A stretch of DNA of 64,000 nt, taken from NCBI GenBank assembly GCA_021613535.1, contig CP075492.1, positions 18,972,001-19,036,000 on the forward strand, given 5' to 3'. This stretch comes from Adineta vaga (Eukaryota; Animalia; Rotifera). Below, one piece after another: positions 12,926-25,815 of the stretch (the first letter of the stretch is position 1; every line of letters starts with the position of its first letter). The translations under genes and the position numbers were made by a program. The notes below the pieces were generated by a model. It was not told the DNA's origin, made no database searches, and saw nothing but the letters and a program-made list of their open reading frames with translations.

Positions 12926-13420
12926 CCTTCATCACTGACATAGAAAAAAATCGATAGGTTTACGAAATTCGAAGCACCATCACCTATAGAGTTTTGCATC
13001 TTACTCTATTCAGTTTTATATGCTAAATATTAGAAACATAGCTGGAGATGACATAGTGGCTCTATGCGTTTCTTTTCACCACTCGGTTTCATTAGTAAAA
13101 TTATGTATGATAATAGAAGAATAGAAAACACAAGCAAGGGATGTCAATGTGTTTCGTTTCTCTGTATTTCTGCAGTAAGCGTCCGCAAAATATGAGTAGA
13201 TGTCTAATTCGAGTTCGAATATAAATGGAGATTTCAAAAACAAATTTTAACATAACACTAATTCTTGAGGAAGACATGGTTTTAGTTGTACGAGCCTCTA
13301 ATTCATATTCGGACATGGATATATCTGTATATGTGAGTTAGAATTAAAAAATACTAAAATAAATGTATTCCTATGTACTCTTAACAATTTTCTATTTTCA
13401 CAGAAAGACATAGAAATGCG

Positions 13421-13885
13421 CTATAAACATATAATTGGGAATATGATTTTGTAGCAAAATCGCGATGTACCAACTATTGACTGCGGTTTCATATATAGCG
13501 GTATAGAAGTCAGATTTGTGAAGACATTATAATTAAAGAAATGTTGTGTGAAACATTTAGTTGCTTTATCATCATGAAATGTTTCATTTAATGTAATTAT
13601 AGCTGGAGATGAATCTTCAATTAATTTATAAATTTCGATAAGATAGCGGTTTAAACTAGATACATTGAGTAGTAGAAATGTAAGGTCTTCTTTGTTTTTC
13701 ATCAAAGATAATGTTTTTTCACGATAAAGAGACCAATTTTTGAGAAGTATATTGAATGTACTCGTGCTTGTCCATTCTTGAAAAATTTCTCTGAAAAGAT
13801 TTTCTTCATATTTAGTTAGATTTGTTACATCGATATGAGTTGTTGTCTTGTGAATAGGTTTAAATTTTGGAGCATATGGATTCAT
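13421..13885 (-). mobile_element. Non-LTR retrotransposon remnant (N-terminus of an APE-type endonuclease)
   Basis: FLLLNVSSL...PAIITLNETFH resembles EEP motifs I-II. The ORF is truncated and no RT is seen. Confidence 0.55.
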
Positions 13886-14698
13886 TCGAGGTGGATCTGT
13901 GTAACGGTGGATTCTCCTTTCGGTTAATATCCTTTGATTTGCTTGCCTCGGTGCATTGCTGTTGAAAGTTCGACATTAATAATTGAAGTTTTTCATTTTG
14001 TTGTACTCGAATTAGTATTTGTCTGCGTCGATTTTTCGATTCGTCGTACAGAGTTTTAACAGCAAATGAATATCAACTCATCGCATAGTCCTCTTTCCTG
14101 CGAAACGCTGATTATTAAGAGACTAAATAGACAAAAACAATGAAATGGTAGAATCAAGAAAATCTTTGAGCAAAAAGAGTGTTCGATGGATTTAAATGAG
14201 ATATGTTCAAGTATCGTATTGAGTTATATTCATATGACATTTCCATAGTTCTATGCAAGGTTAAGTTAGAAGAGTGCGTTGATTAAATCTCGATTGTTGA
14301 AGTGCAATAGATGACCAGGTGCTACGTTTTGTAATCTTAACTGGTAATATATTGCATGCAAGTTGTAACAATTATAGATCAATTCCATTTTGTCGAAAAT
14401 CTAACATTGTAATTGTCTATAATAATGAAAATAAGATATACGTGCAATGAGCTATTATCGTATTCACTGTATTATTCAATAGTGTATTGATTTAATATTG
14501 TGCACCTTCAATACCAATTTTATTATTTGATAGAAACAATTTTTAAAGTGTCTATTTTAAATAAATAGAAGGAAAAAGTCATGCATAAATAGATTGAACG
14601 TATCATTTACTTTAGTAATCTGCAATGTATCAGCTAAATATTGTGCACATACAGCATCAATGTTGTTATGCTATCGACTTAACGTTGTTTAGGTCTAC

Positions 14699-14784
14699 AA
14701 GGGTGGGTGTGGGTGTGGGTGAATACAAAAGACCCTCATCCACACTCACACCCACACCCACACCCACACCCACACCCACACCCA
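14699..14784. repeat. Telomere-like (TGTGGG)/(CCCACA) inverted hairpin, the longest copy of a dispersed family
   Basis: GGGTGGGTGTGGGTGTGGGT, a spacer, then ~6 tandem CCCACA units. Confidence 0.85.
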
Positions 14785-15102
14785 TCATCTAATTCATTAC
14801 TATGAAAATGTGACAACTACCTCTAAATTGAATCAATTCAAACTATCAACACATAATTTTATAATTTCTAATATTATAGTTGTCATTCATTGACGCACCC
14901 TCTTCATCCTCACTATTCATGTTGACAAGTAAACAGTAAGTGAAATAAAAGACACGTGTAGAGGAATATAATATTGTTGGAAAAAAAAATAGTCACAAAA
15001 AAAGCTTCTTAAGAAGAATTTTTAGCGATTCTTTCTTTTTCTTTTCATCAAATGTGTAACTGACTGAAAATATTATTAACTCAGAATTTTTTAAAATTAC
15101 AA

Positions 15103-17995
15103 ATGTCTTTTACAGTAGACCAAAATTCAGTACGTTTCAAAGCTCTTGATGATGTAATTGTTATTTGGATTGACGATTATATGATTTCTAATGATATATA
15201 TCAAGAATTGCGAAAATCAGATTTTTCTGTATTATACACAATTCATTCGAATGATTTCGATATTTATCTTAATTATATCACTGAAAATTTAGTAGCTGGT
15301 GCCGTTGTTTCACTTATTGTTCATAGTCGATTTATTGATCAATTACTTTCTATTTCTTTACCGAATATTATTAATATTTATGCATTGGGTAATAAATATT
15401 ACTTTCGATGGAAAAATACTAAAGTTCGTGACGTCTTTAATCAACATGATCCGAAATATATTTCGAAAGTATTACGTGAAGATTTTGAAATTTATTTCAA
15501 TCGACAATGGTCTACTGGTATAAGTTTCTTTCAAAGAAATACTGAAATACAAAGAAATTTCGGTGAATTAAGTCATCAAAATGCTCAATTTATGTGGTAT
15601 CAATTACTTATTAAGATTCTTACACAAATGCCCCCAAGCGTAATGAGTAAAGACGATCTATTACAACAGAGTTTTCTGAATTACAAAGAAGATATTAATG
15701 TTAGAGATTTTAAGACTTATGAAAGTCATATGTATGAATTTAAACGAAAGTATATTCCTGAAAAAGCTCTTGAATATTTTACACGTGATAGTTTTTTTTA
15801 TCGTTTAATGAATCAAGCATGTCGAACATCAAATATTGATCTTATGTTTTCATATCGTTGTCTTATTCGTGATATATTTATTCAACTTGAAAAACTTTAT
15901 ATTGATCAAAAACAAAATTGTCAAAAACCATTTACGGTTTATCGAGGAACAACAATAACAAAAGAAGAATTAGAATTGTTACAAAGAAATATTGGAAATT
16001 TAATTTCACGTCATCAATTTCTTTCAACAAGTAAAGACAATAATGTTGCATCAATGTATGCAGGTGATATGTCAACAACATCAGATGAAGAATTACATAT
16101 TCTTGAAGAAATTTTTATTAATCCAATGAATTGTAAAACAGTATTCTATGCTGATGTATCGGAATACAGCTATTTCAAAGATGAAGGTGAAATTCTATTA
16201 TCTATTGGTAGTGTATTTCGTGTAAAATCAATATCTGAAATACGGGTAAGTATAATGATATTATATTTATTGAAAGAAAATGTAATTGATCATTTTATAT
16301 ATAGAAGGGAATTTTATATAAAGTTCAATTGGAATTAGTTGACAATGATGAGAAAATGATTGAAGAACTTCATCAATATTTAGAATTGAATATTGAAAAT
16401 GAATCTACTCTATTAACTTTGTCTTCTTTTTTACTCTGGATGGGCAAATATGATAAAGCTCGATATTATTGGTATGTTATATATTTATTTTTGTCGTATA
16501 GACGAAAGAAGAATTTCTTCTGAGATCTTTTATATTTAGTGATATCTTACTGACTAAATTAGCTGAAGATGATCCTGATCGTTCAGTAATTTGTACTCAA
16601 ATTGGTTATATTTGTCAAAAAATGGGAAAATTTGATGAAGCTCTCGAATATTTACATCAATCAATTGAAAAATTATCGAATAAACAGAAAATTCTAGAGC
16701 TTTCATGTGCATATAATGATCGAGGATTGATATATAAATGTTCTGGAGATTTTGTTAAGGCTCAGAATGATATAAACAAAGCTTTAGAATTACGATCCAA
16801 TGAAGAGAATTTTACAGAAATAGAACGTAAATCATTGCCTGTATTTCTTTCACATACACATGAAAATCTTGGAATATTATACAAAGATGATAGTAAGTAT
16901 GATCTTGCTCTACATCATTTACACAAAGCACTTGATTTACGACAAAAATCCTTGCCTAAAAATCATTATTGGATTGCACAAACATACAATAATTTATCTC
17001 TCGTATATACAACTATTGGTAATCATAAAATGACAATAGAATGTATAGAGAAAGCAATTGAAATTCAACGACAATCATTACCAGAAAATCATCCACATTT
17101 AGCTACAATGTATCAAACACAAGGAAATGCGTATTATCGACAAGGTGAATATAATGAAGCATTGGTCAATTTCCAACATGCTTATGATATATATCAATCA
17201 ATGCCATATTGTGATCCACTCATGATAGCTGCTGCAGCTTCTAATATAGGTTCAACACTTAATGTTACCGGTAATTATACAGCAGCATATCCAAAATTTG
17301 AAGAAGCACTCAATACTCAACGACGTTTTGCACCTAAACATCCAAATATAATATTTGCACTGAACAATATGGCAATGGTGTGTAGTAACATGAAAGATAT
17401 GAATGCTTTTATGAATTATTCTCAGGAAGCTCTTCGTATGTGTCGTGAAATTATTGGTGAATATCATGAAAATACAGCTATTACATATCTTATTGTTGCT
17501 CAAAGATTAAACGTTGAACAATATGATCAGGCTATGAATTATTTTAATCATGTACTCGATATTTATATCCAACATCTTCGTTTACCATATCATAATAATG
17601 TCATTGGTTGCTACATTCAAATGGGTATAATGGAACGAAAACGAGGTCATTTTGAAGAAGCACATCAAAATTTTAATTTAGCAAATGAAGCTTATCATTG
17701 TTCGTCATTACCTCAGCAACATTCTCTTCTAACAAAATTATACACACAAATAGCGCTGACACATATCGAACAAGATCAAGTTGAAGCAGCATTGCATGCA
17801 TATGAACAAGCAATCAAATATACTCCTGAAAATTCTCATGAATTACCGAAAATTCTTGAAGATATTGAAGTATTACATGAAAGATACAATATTAGAAATT
17901 CACGTTTTCAAAACAGTAACATTTTTTACATAGGAATTGTGACAACAATTGGTGTGATGAGCGTAATATTGTTTAAAATTTTTCGTAAAACTTAA
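15103..17995 (+). CDS. ADP-ribosyltransferase (R-S-E type) + TPR repeat protein with C-terminal TM, 3 exons
   Basis: FTRDSFFYRLMNQACR, VYRG, FLSTS, DEGEILL. Introns at ~16246-16304 and ~16472-16538. About 10 TPR repeats and a C-terminal hydrophobic helix. Confidence 0.9.
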
Positions 17996-18593
17996 TTATA
18001 ATTATGAGGGTGTGGGTCTCCCTAGTATATATTCACAGTACATCCTTCTATTTTTTTAAAATCTCTTTTAACGCAGTTATATAAAGATTAATTCAATCAG
18101 AAATGATAACTCAAATGATGCTTTATATAAGTGAAAAATAATTTTATCATAAAATTATCTTTTCTTCTTTTTCTATGCTGACATCAATGCTTAGTTTGAT
18201 TCATTTATTATAATTGATATAAAATTAATTTCTCGCTTTCTTTTTGTCTCTTTCGGAGCGGAAGATTGATGAAAAAAAAATCAGAAAATGTTGTGTTTTT
18301 ATTTATAGCTTTACTGATTGATGTGACATTTTCAAGTGCAAAAATAAAATGAATGTTATTTAGTTGAATAATTTATTAATATGAATGAACAATATTCAAG
18401 TTTTATGATTAAAAATTAAACTATGTATCGTGTCAACTTATATTGTAGTATCGAATATATTTTAGATTTATATAATTTGATAGGTGGAAATTGTGATTTT
18501 TATAATTAAATATTTATTTTATTATTATTTCATTTTTGATAAGAATCATGTTTATTAAATGAGCAAAAAATATACATGATTTTCTAATTTATC

Positions 18594-19376
18594 TTAACTA
18601 TCCGGCATAAGATCATTACTATCAATATATAAGTCCAAATGTCGAAATCCGGGAAGATCTCGAACGGGCAAATTAGGTTGTAAATATTCTTTGACATGTA
18701 ATTGTCCATTTGAATCTTTTGTAAATCCACTACCATCAAATAAAACCGTAAGAGCTAATCGATTATAGAGAAAACCACGAGACTCTCCTAATGTTCCTTC
18801 ACATGCCATAAATCTTTCTTCTGTCATAAAACGAGGATCAGTTGGAACACCTCTAATAGACATTTCATTGACATCAAAATAAGATTTTCCGTTAAGATAC
18901 GATGCTTGAGCTTCAATTTCATTAAAAGTCATTGATTTGAATGCATCTGCATGTTGACATATCTTAGTTGAAATGGACTTTGGATAATACCTATCTATGA
19001 GTGATAATATTCCATCCCATGTCGCTGGAACACACTGATCTGATCTATAAAATATACCTAAACGAAAATGTCTACCAGCTTCTAGTCTTTTACGAATCCA
19101 TCGATCTTCACAACCAATTGAACGTAGTGCTTGAGCATTAGAATGTTTCAGAAATAAATTTAATCCATCTCCACCCATTACCCAAGCAAATTTTTTATTT
19201 CTCTGTAAATACTCAAAATCTGCTTCGTTTTCACCTTGTGATGCACGACCAGCGATCATATCTAAATCTTTTTCACTCATTGTATTCTCACCATCGTTTG
19301 ATTTGTTTTTCGATTGAAAAATTTTCGTAAATCTTTCAATAATATTCTCATCGTTTGATGTAATTTGTTCTTCCAT
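18594..19376 (-). CDS. Hypothetical 260-aa protein, intronless
   Basis: Clean ATG-initiated ORF with globular-looking composition; no domain recognised. Confidence 0.7.
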   Translation of the reverse strand: MEEQITSNDENIIERFTKIFQSKNKSNDGENTMSEKDLDMIAGRASQGENEADFEYLQRNKKFAWVMGGDGLNLFLKHSNAQALRSIGCEDRWIRKRLEAGRHFRLGIFYRSDQCVPATWDGILSLIDRYYPKSISTKICQHADAFKSMTFNEIEAQASYLNGKSYFDVNEMSIRGVPTDPRFMTEERFMACEGTLGESRGFLYNRLALTVLFDGSGFTKDSNGQLHVKEYLQPNLPVRDLPGFRHLDLYIDSNDLMPDS

Positions 19377-20721
19377 TGATTATTTCACAATTTTTAAATA
19401 ACATTCACGCTCCCCAATTTATTAAAACTTTTCTTTTTATAATAAAAACGAAAAACAACATGACGAGGAAGAAAGAGAATAGAAAGGTAAATAGGTGATC
19501 GACACGTGTAGAACAGAAGTTTTTTCTAAGCTGAATCTTACTGAAAATATGTAAATGAGATCAATCATTTTGAGAATGAATAATTAGCAGCAATGACACT
19601 AGTATAATATGCGCATGTCTTTTGTTTGCTTCTCAAAAAATTTCATTTTCTTCACTATAAACGATCAAGAACGTTCCATCAGGCTCCTTCATAGATGTTC
19701 TCATAATACGTCACACTGTAGCAGTCGACGGTTCTTGGCAATCAAACAAACCTTCTTCTTTATTCCTTTTTCTATGAAAGAACGGATTATAATAATATAT
19801 ATGTGAATAATTGCATCAATCGCAGAGAAAAAATTACGAAATTTACCTGTTCGAAAGTATCCCGCGTTCTCTTCCGCGTAAGAAAAAATTCAAATTATAA
19901 ATTCACTGACAACTACACCCTATCACCATCAAGATTTAACTGGTTGACTTGGTCATCATGTTGTAATCGAACGGGATATTCAATTATTTAGAGAAACATT
20001 TCTCGTACATAATAACACAAATACTACGTACTTCTGAATAAAATTAATTATATTTGCATAAACGATACGAGATAAAGAATTGAAAGTATTCCATCATCCT
20101 TTGTTACAATTGATTTATCGGGAACAAAACAAAGAAAAAACTAATATACTATTACCGTGAAAATCAACTAACAATCATTATTTTATATTTGTCTTTAGAA
20201 AGTACATTTTTATTTGATTTTTGTCGATAGATAAATAAAAAATTTTTTATGATCGCAGTAAATTTCAATTATATTCATTTCTTTAACGTAAAAATAATGG
20301 GTGAGTGTCTTCTATTTTGGCTCTAGTACTATATTGCCATCTGTATTACTTGTACATTGCAACAACAGATGGGTCGTGAATATAATCAAATGAATTATCT
20401 TACAAATAGTTCTCCAATTGATCAATCAAATCTTGATTCTAAATTACTTTGTATTGCACAATGTACACAACAGATTTCAACATGTAATATCGTTGTATTT
20501 GATCGCCAAGCATCACCTCCGTGCAGAGATGCGCAAATACAAATACAACTTGTATTCTACCTTTTCTATATATATATTATTTTCAAGTATATATTCTTTT
20601 CAAACCATATATATTTACCTCAAAAGATGCTTCCTTATAACTGCGTCCTCACAGGTTTACCCATTTTTCGTTCAGTATACTACAACTATTATTCATGTAC
20701 TGGCCCTACCTTATGCTGTGA

Positions 20722-21086
20722 AGCTAGAATCGGTTGTCATGTATTGTCATGTATCGACCCTACTTTCCCCTTTTCAGCTAGAATCGGTTGTCTTGTATTG
20801 TCATGTATTGACCCTACTTTCCCCTTTTCAGCTAGAATCGGTTACCTTGTATTCTCATGTATTGTCATGTATTGACCTTACTTTCCCCTTTTCAGCTAGA
20901 ATCGGTTGTCATGTATTGACCCTACTTTCCCCTTTTCAGCTAGAATCGGTTACCTTGTATTCTCATGTATTGTCATGTATTGACCTTACTTTCCCCTTTT
21001 CAGCTAGAATCGGTTGTCATGTATTGACCCTACTTTCCCCTTTTCAGCTAGAATCGGTTGTCATGTATTGTCATGTATTGTCATGC
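20722..21086 (+). repeat. Left subterminal tandem array of the KDZ element
   Basis: Repeated core GACCCTACTTTCCCCTTTTCAGCTAGAATCGGTTG with variable TCATGTATTG spacers (~6-7 copies). Confidence 0.95.
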
Positions 21087-21360
21087 ACTCACTTTATACA
21101 GACCTAATATCTAGTATCGGCTAATTTGCTGTGATATGTCTCTTTATCAACCAAGCAGCAATGACAAAAATTCATGAGGTGCACTTTTTAGTTCTTGTTA
21201 AGTATCTAGTTCTACCTTTTCTCATTATTCCACTTTTCCCTCACAGGATGAATAGCGAAATTGAGGATCAGTATTTTCAGTCGAATGCTTCAGTAAGTTT
21301 TTTAAAATACCTACAAATCGTTCTATTGAAAATCATTGATTACTCACTTGTTTTTCCCAT

Positions 21361-23283
21361 CTTGCTCGATCTAGATCAGGATACAATTCGTATGATGATC
21401 CTATTATTTTTATTTTTTCTCGTCTTGCTCGATCTAGATCAGAATACACTTCGTATGATGATCCTATTATTTTTATTTTTTACCCTCTTGCTCGATCTAG
21501 ATCAGGATACAATTCGTATGATGATCATATTATTTTTATTTTTTACCCTCTTGCTCGATCTAGATCAGGATACAATTCGTATGATGATCATATTATTTTT
21601 ATTTTTTACCCTCTTGCTCGATCTAGATCAGGATACAATTCGTATGATGATCCTATTATTTTTATTTTTTACCCTCTTGCTCGATCTAGATCAGGATACA
21701 ATTCGTATGATGATCCTATTATTTTTATTTTTTACCCTCTTGCTCGATCTAGATCAGGATACAATTCGTATGATGATCCTATTATTTTTATTTTTTACCC
21801 TCTTGCTCGATCTAGATCAGGATACAATTCGTATGATGATCATATTATTTTTATTTTTTACCCTCTTGCTCGATCTAGATCAGGATACAATTCGTATGAT
21901 GATCCTATTATTTTTATTTTTTACCCTCTTGCTCGATCTAGATCAGGATACAATTCGTATGATGATCCTATTATTTTTATTTTTTACCCTCTTGCTCGAT
22001 CTAGATCAGGATACAATTCGTATGATGATCCTATTATTTTTATTTTTTACCCTCTTGCTCGATCTAGATCAGGATACAATTCGTATGATGATCATATTAT
22101 TTTTATTTTTTACCCTCTTGCTCGATCTAGATCAGGATACAATTCGTATGATGATCCTATTATTTTTATTTTTTACCCTCTTGCTCGATCTAGATCAGGA
22201 TACAATTCGTATGATGATCCTATTATTTTTATTTTTTACCCTCTTGCTCGATCTAGATCAGGATACAATTCGTATGATGATCCTATTATTTTTATTTTTT
22301 ACCCTCTTGCTCGATCTAGATCAGGATACAATTCGTATGATGATCCTATTATTTTTATTTTTTACCCTCTTGCTCGATCTAGATCAGGATATAATTCGTA
22401 TGATGATCCTATTATTTTTATTTTTTACCCTCTTGCTCGATCTAGATCAGGATACAATTCGTATGATGATCATATTATTTTTATTTTTTCTCCTCTTGCT
22501 CGATCTAGATCAGAATACAATTCGTATGATGATCCTATTATTTTTATTTTTTACCCTCTTGCTCGATCTAGATCAGGATACAATTCGTATGATGATCATA
22601 TTATTTTTATTTTTTACCCTCTTGCTCGATCTAGATCAGGATACAATTCGTATGATGATCCTATTATTTTTATTTTTTACCCTCTTGCTCGATCTAGATC
22701 AGGATACAATTCGTATGATGATCATATTATTTTTATTTTTTACCCTCTTGCTCGATCTAGATCAGGATACAATTCGTATGATGATCATATTATTTTTATT
22801 TTTTACCCTCTTGCTCGATCTAGATCAGGATACAATTCGTATGATGATCATATTATTTTTATTTTTTACCCTCTTGCTCGATCTAGATCAGAATACAATT
22901 CGTATGATGATCCTATTATTTTTATTTTTTACCCTCTTGCTCGATCTAGATCAGGATACAATTCGTATGATGATCCTATTATTTTTATTTTTTACCCTCT
23001 TGCTCGATCTAGATCAGGATATAATTCGTATGATGATCCTATTATTTTTATTTTTTTCCTCTTGCTCGATCTAGATCAGGATACAATTCGGATGATCTTA
23101 TTATTTTTATTTTTTACCCTCTTGCTCGATCTAGATCAGGATATAATTCGTATAATGATCATATCATTTTTATTTTTTACCCTCTTGCTCGATCTAGATC
23201 AGGATATAATTCGTATGATGATCATATTATTTTTATTTTTTTCCATCTTCCTCGATCTAGATCAGGATACAATTCGTATGATC
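21361..23283 (+). repeat. 63-bp tandem array, ~30 near-identical copies
   Basis: Unit CTCTTGCTCGATCTAGATCAGGATACAATTCGTATGATGATCCTATTATTTTTATTTTTTACC, containing the palindrome GATCTAGATC. Confidence 0.97.
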
Positions 23284-23731
23284 TTTCCGACAGTGGAATG
23301 TTATATAAAACGGACAAATGATGGAAAGTTGCATAGTATTTTGATTCTTTTAATCGGTTTTTTTTGTAGCTTGCTAATTCGGAAGCAGTTGAACAAGCCA
23401 TAGACGCAATGTGGAAAATACTGACTAAATAGGTGTGATTTTTTTAAAATTTAATCGGTAAATGAACTTTATGTTGATGAGAAAAGTGAAGCAGTGTTCA
23501 AAGTTGGGTGGTCTGTTAGCGACCCCTATGGTTTAAATGGTTGATTAGCGGTTATTGGATAGACGAGGGATGATTGGAAATGACGGATTCTTCTGTGTTA
23601 ATCGTTTATTTTTGGTTACGAATATGTGGTCAAGTTATACTGTACCTCAAGGTACCCATTATATTCATTACATTTTACCAAGTGCTAAGTTATACTATAA
23701 ACTTCGTACGTTATTGGACGATGTAATAGTA

Positions 23732-25090
23732 ATGAAAGAAAATGGACAAAAGTCGATCATTATTGGTGTTGAACATGAAAATCGGAAACGCTTATTTTTA
23801 AACGTAACATTCGATGAATTATCGAAGGTATTACAAAGCTTAGATGTATCGAAACGAACACTATACGAAGTTTTGTGTGAAAAAAAAAATTGTAAATTAT
23901 ACTTTGATGTTGATATTCATATAACAAATTCGTTGACAATGAACGTTGAAGAATCATTGTTAATTCTACAAAATCTTTTCCATTGTTTTATTTTGGATTG
24001 GACTAATAAATACACGAAAAAATCAACCGGAATTGGGGATCATTTTCTTGTTTTATGTGCAACAACAGAAGCAAAATACAGCTATCATTTAATATACACA
24101 AACACAGAAATTAGATTTCATTCACAACAAATTGTATTTAAATTTATTAAAATGTTATTACAGCATTGTTCATATTTTATATTATCGCATCCATGTCATG
24201 AACATCTCGTACAACCAAATAGTATGAATGCAGCAAATGATCTCGATGGCTGTATTAAATGCTTACAAATGATTTTAATGCATATAGATTTTTGTAGTTG
24301 TATAATACCTGAAACAAAAGTAACCTGTAAAAACTTTCAAAAACTTCTTTTCAAAAGTAATCTTATTTTTTTTGTACTTCACATATATAGTTTTATTTTA
24401 TTCTTGCTAGATTCAGATGGTTTATATCAATGGATTTTTGATCTTAATGTTTATAGTAATAATCAACAATTTAGATTATATCAATCGACGAAATTTGGAA
24501 AACACAATCCTTTGTTACCAACATCAGATTTTCCTTTTAATCCATGCAATAAACAATACGATATATCTATGAACAATGATGGCATTGATCATTCGATGCT
24601 TAAACATTCATTAATAGCTTATATATCAGATGATTCAAATATTGTAGTATTATCTTATAATGATAATAAATGGGTAGCGATGAATGAACATGATAATTCT
24701 ATAACTGAATTAACTCCTAGTTACAATTTCGCGGATTCAAGCACAATAGCTAAATTTACAATTCAAAATAACTTAATTCAAGCAACAGCGACAAAATGCA
24801 AACAAGATTTATCTAACAATGAAGAATATTATAAAACTTTTATTTTCAAATTAATGAAAGAAACATATCATACGAACGGTCACATACAATCGTGTCAAAA
24901 GGGTAGCAAAAATCGATCTATATTATTTTTTAATATTGGCGGTGATTTTCGATTTTGTGAACGATTACAACGTCATCACAAGTCAAATCAAACTTGCATC
25001 ATCATCGATACATTTACAAATAATTACCAGATTAAATGTAAAGATCCAGACTGTAAAAACTTCAAACTGCCATGGAAAAAGATATTTTAA
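23732..25090 (+). CDS. PrimPol-like archaeo-eukaryotic primase-polymerase with C-terminal UL52-type zinc finger (~434 aa; in-frame intron 24357-24410)
   Basis: LYEVL..KNCKLYFDVD (motif I, DxD), KYSYHLI (motif II, SxH), IFDLNVYSNNQQFRLYQSTKFGK (motif III), RFCERLQRHHKSN...YQIKCKDPDC (C-H-C-C zinc finger). All parallel eukaryotic PrimPol motifs. Confidence 0.9.
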   Translation: MKENGQKSIIIGVEHENRKRLFLNVTFDELSKVLQSLDVSKRTLYEVLCEKKNCKLYFDVDIHITNSLTMNVEESLLILQNLFHCFILDWTNKYTKKSTGIGDHFLVLCATTEAKYSYHLIYTNTEIRFHSQQIVFKFIKMLLQHCSYFILSHPCHEHLVQPNSMNAANDLDGCIKCLQMILMHIDFCSCIIPETKVTCKNFQKLLFKSNLIFFVLHIYSFILFLLDSDGLYQWIFDLNVYSNNQQFRLYQSTKFGKHNPLLPTSDFPFNPCNKQYDISMNNDGIDHSMLKHSLIAYISDDSNIVVLSYNDNKWVAMNEHDNSITELTPSYNFADSSTIAKFTIQNNLIQATATKCKQDLSNNEEYYKTFIFKLMKETYHTNGHIQSCQKGSKNRSILFFNIGGDFRFCERLQRHHKSNQTCIIIDTFTNNYQIKCKDPDCKNFKLPWKKIF

Positions 25091-25815
25091 CTTCTCTTAA
25101 ATAAATATTGAACTATTGCTCATAATGATACAGAAGAATTTTTGAATATTTCAAACTTTGCTTTGAAAATAACTTCGAACTTTTAAACGTTATCTATTTC
25201 ATCTCGTGATCATTGAACCATGTATCATAAAAAAACACATGAGATACTGAATGCATTGAAGAAAATTCATAACAATCTGGGAGATTAGAAATCATATTAG
25301 ACTAATTAAATCATTTCGAAAAATAAAAAAATTTAATCAACTTTCATCCAAAGAAAATAATATAAAAATAGAATATTTGTCAGAAAAAAATTGCTCCTAG
25401 TCCAATAAATTTGACACTATACTATGAATCCGTATCATGTAAATCAGAATTTTAGATATAATTTTCTACCGTGGTAATATGATAGATGTATCTTGAGTTT
25501 CAAATCACATCTATCTATTTAATTTTAGCGTATTTCGGTTAGTGGCTCCATCTTGTGATCATGTTATTTTTTTCTAATATTGATCTGTCTACTATTAAAT
25601 TTAAAAAATTATTTAGTGAAGAATGATAATAGATATATAAGTTACATCTTAATTGTATGTAAGCTGTAATCATATTGTCTATGTAACTTCATACGTTTGC
25701 ACTCACCGTTCGTTAATCGAGTCGACAAAAAGAAGAAAGAATTTTTAAACGAACATTTTATATATTTTTTTCAATTTGATGTTTCAAACCTGTATCATAA
25801 TTTAATATTTTTTAG

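Noticed and set aside
21361-23283. CRISPR array
   Set aside because: Units are contiguous and near-identical with no unique spacers, there are no cas genes, and the context is eukaryotic.
21131-23403. 647-aa and 113-aa 'membrane protein' ORFs
   Set aside because: They are most simply explained by a stop-free 63-bp repeat (21 codons), with no independent coding evidence. Kept only as the micro-exon hypothesis.
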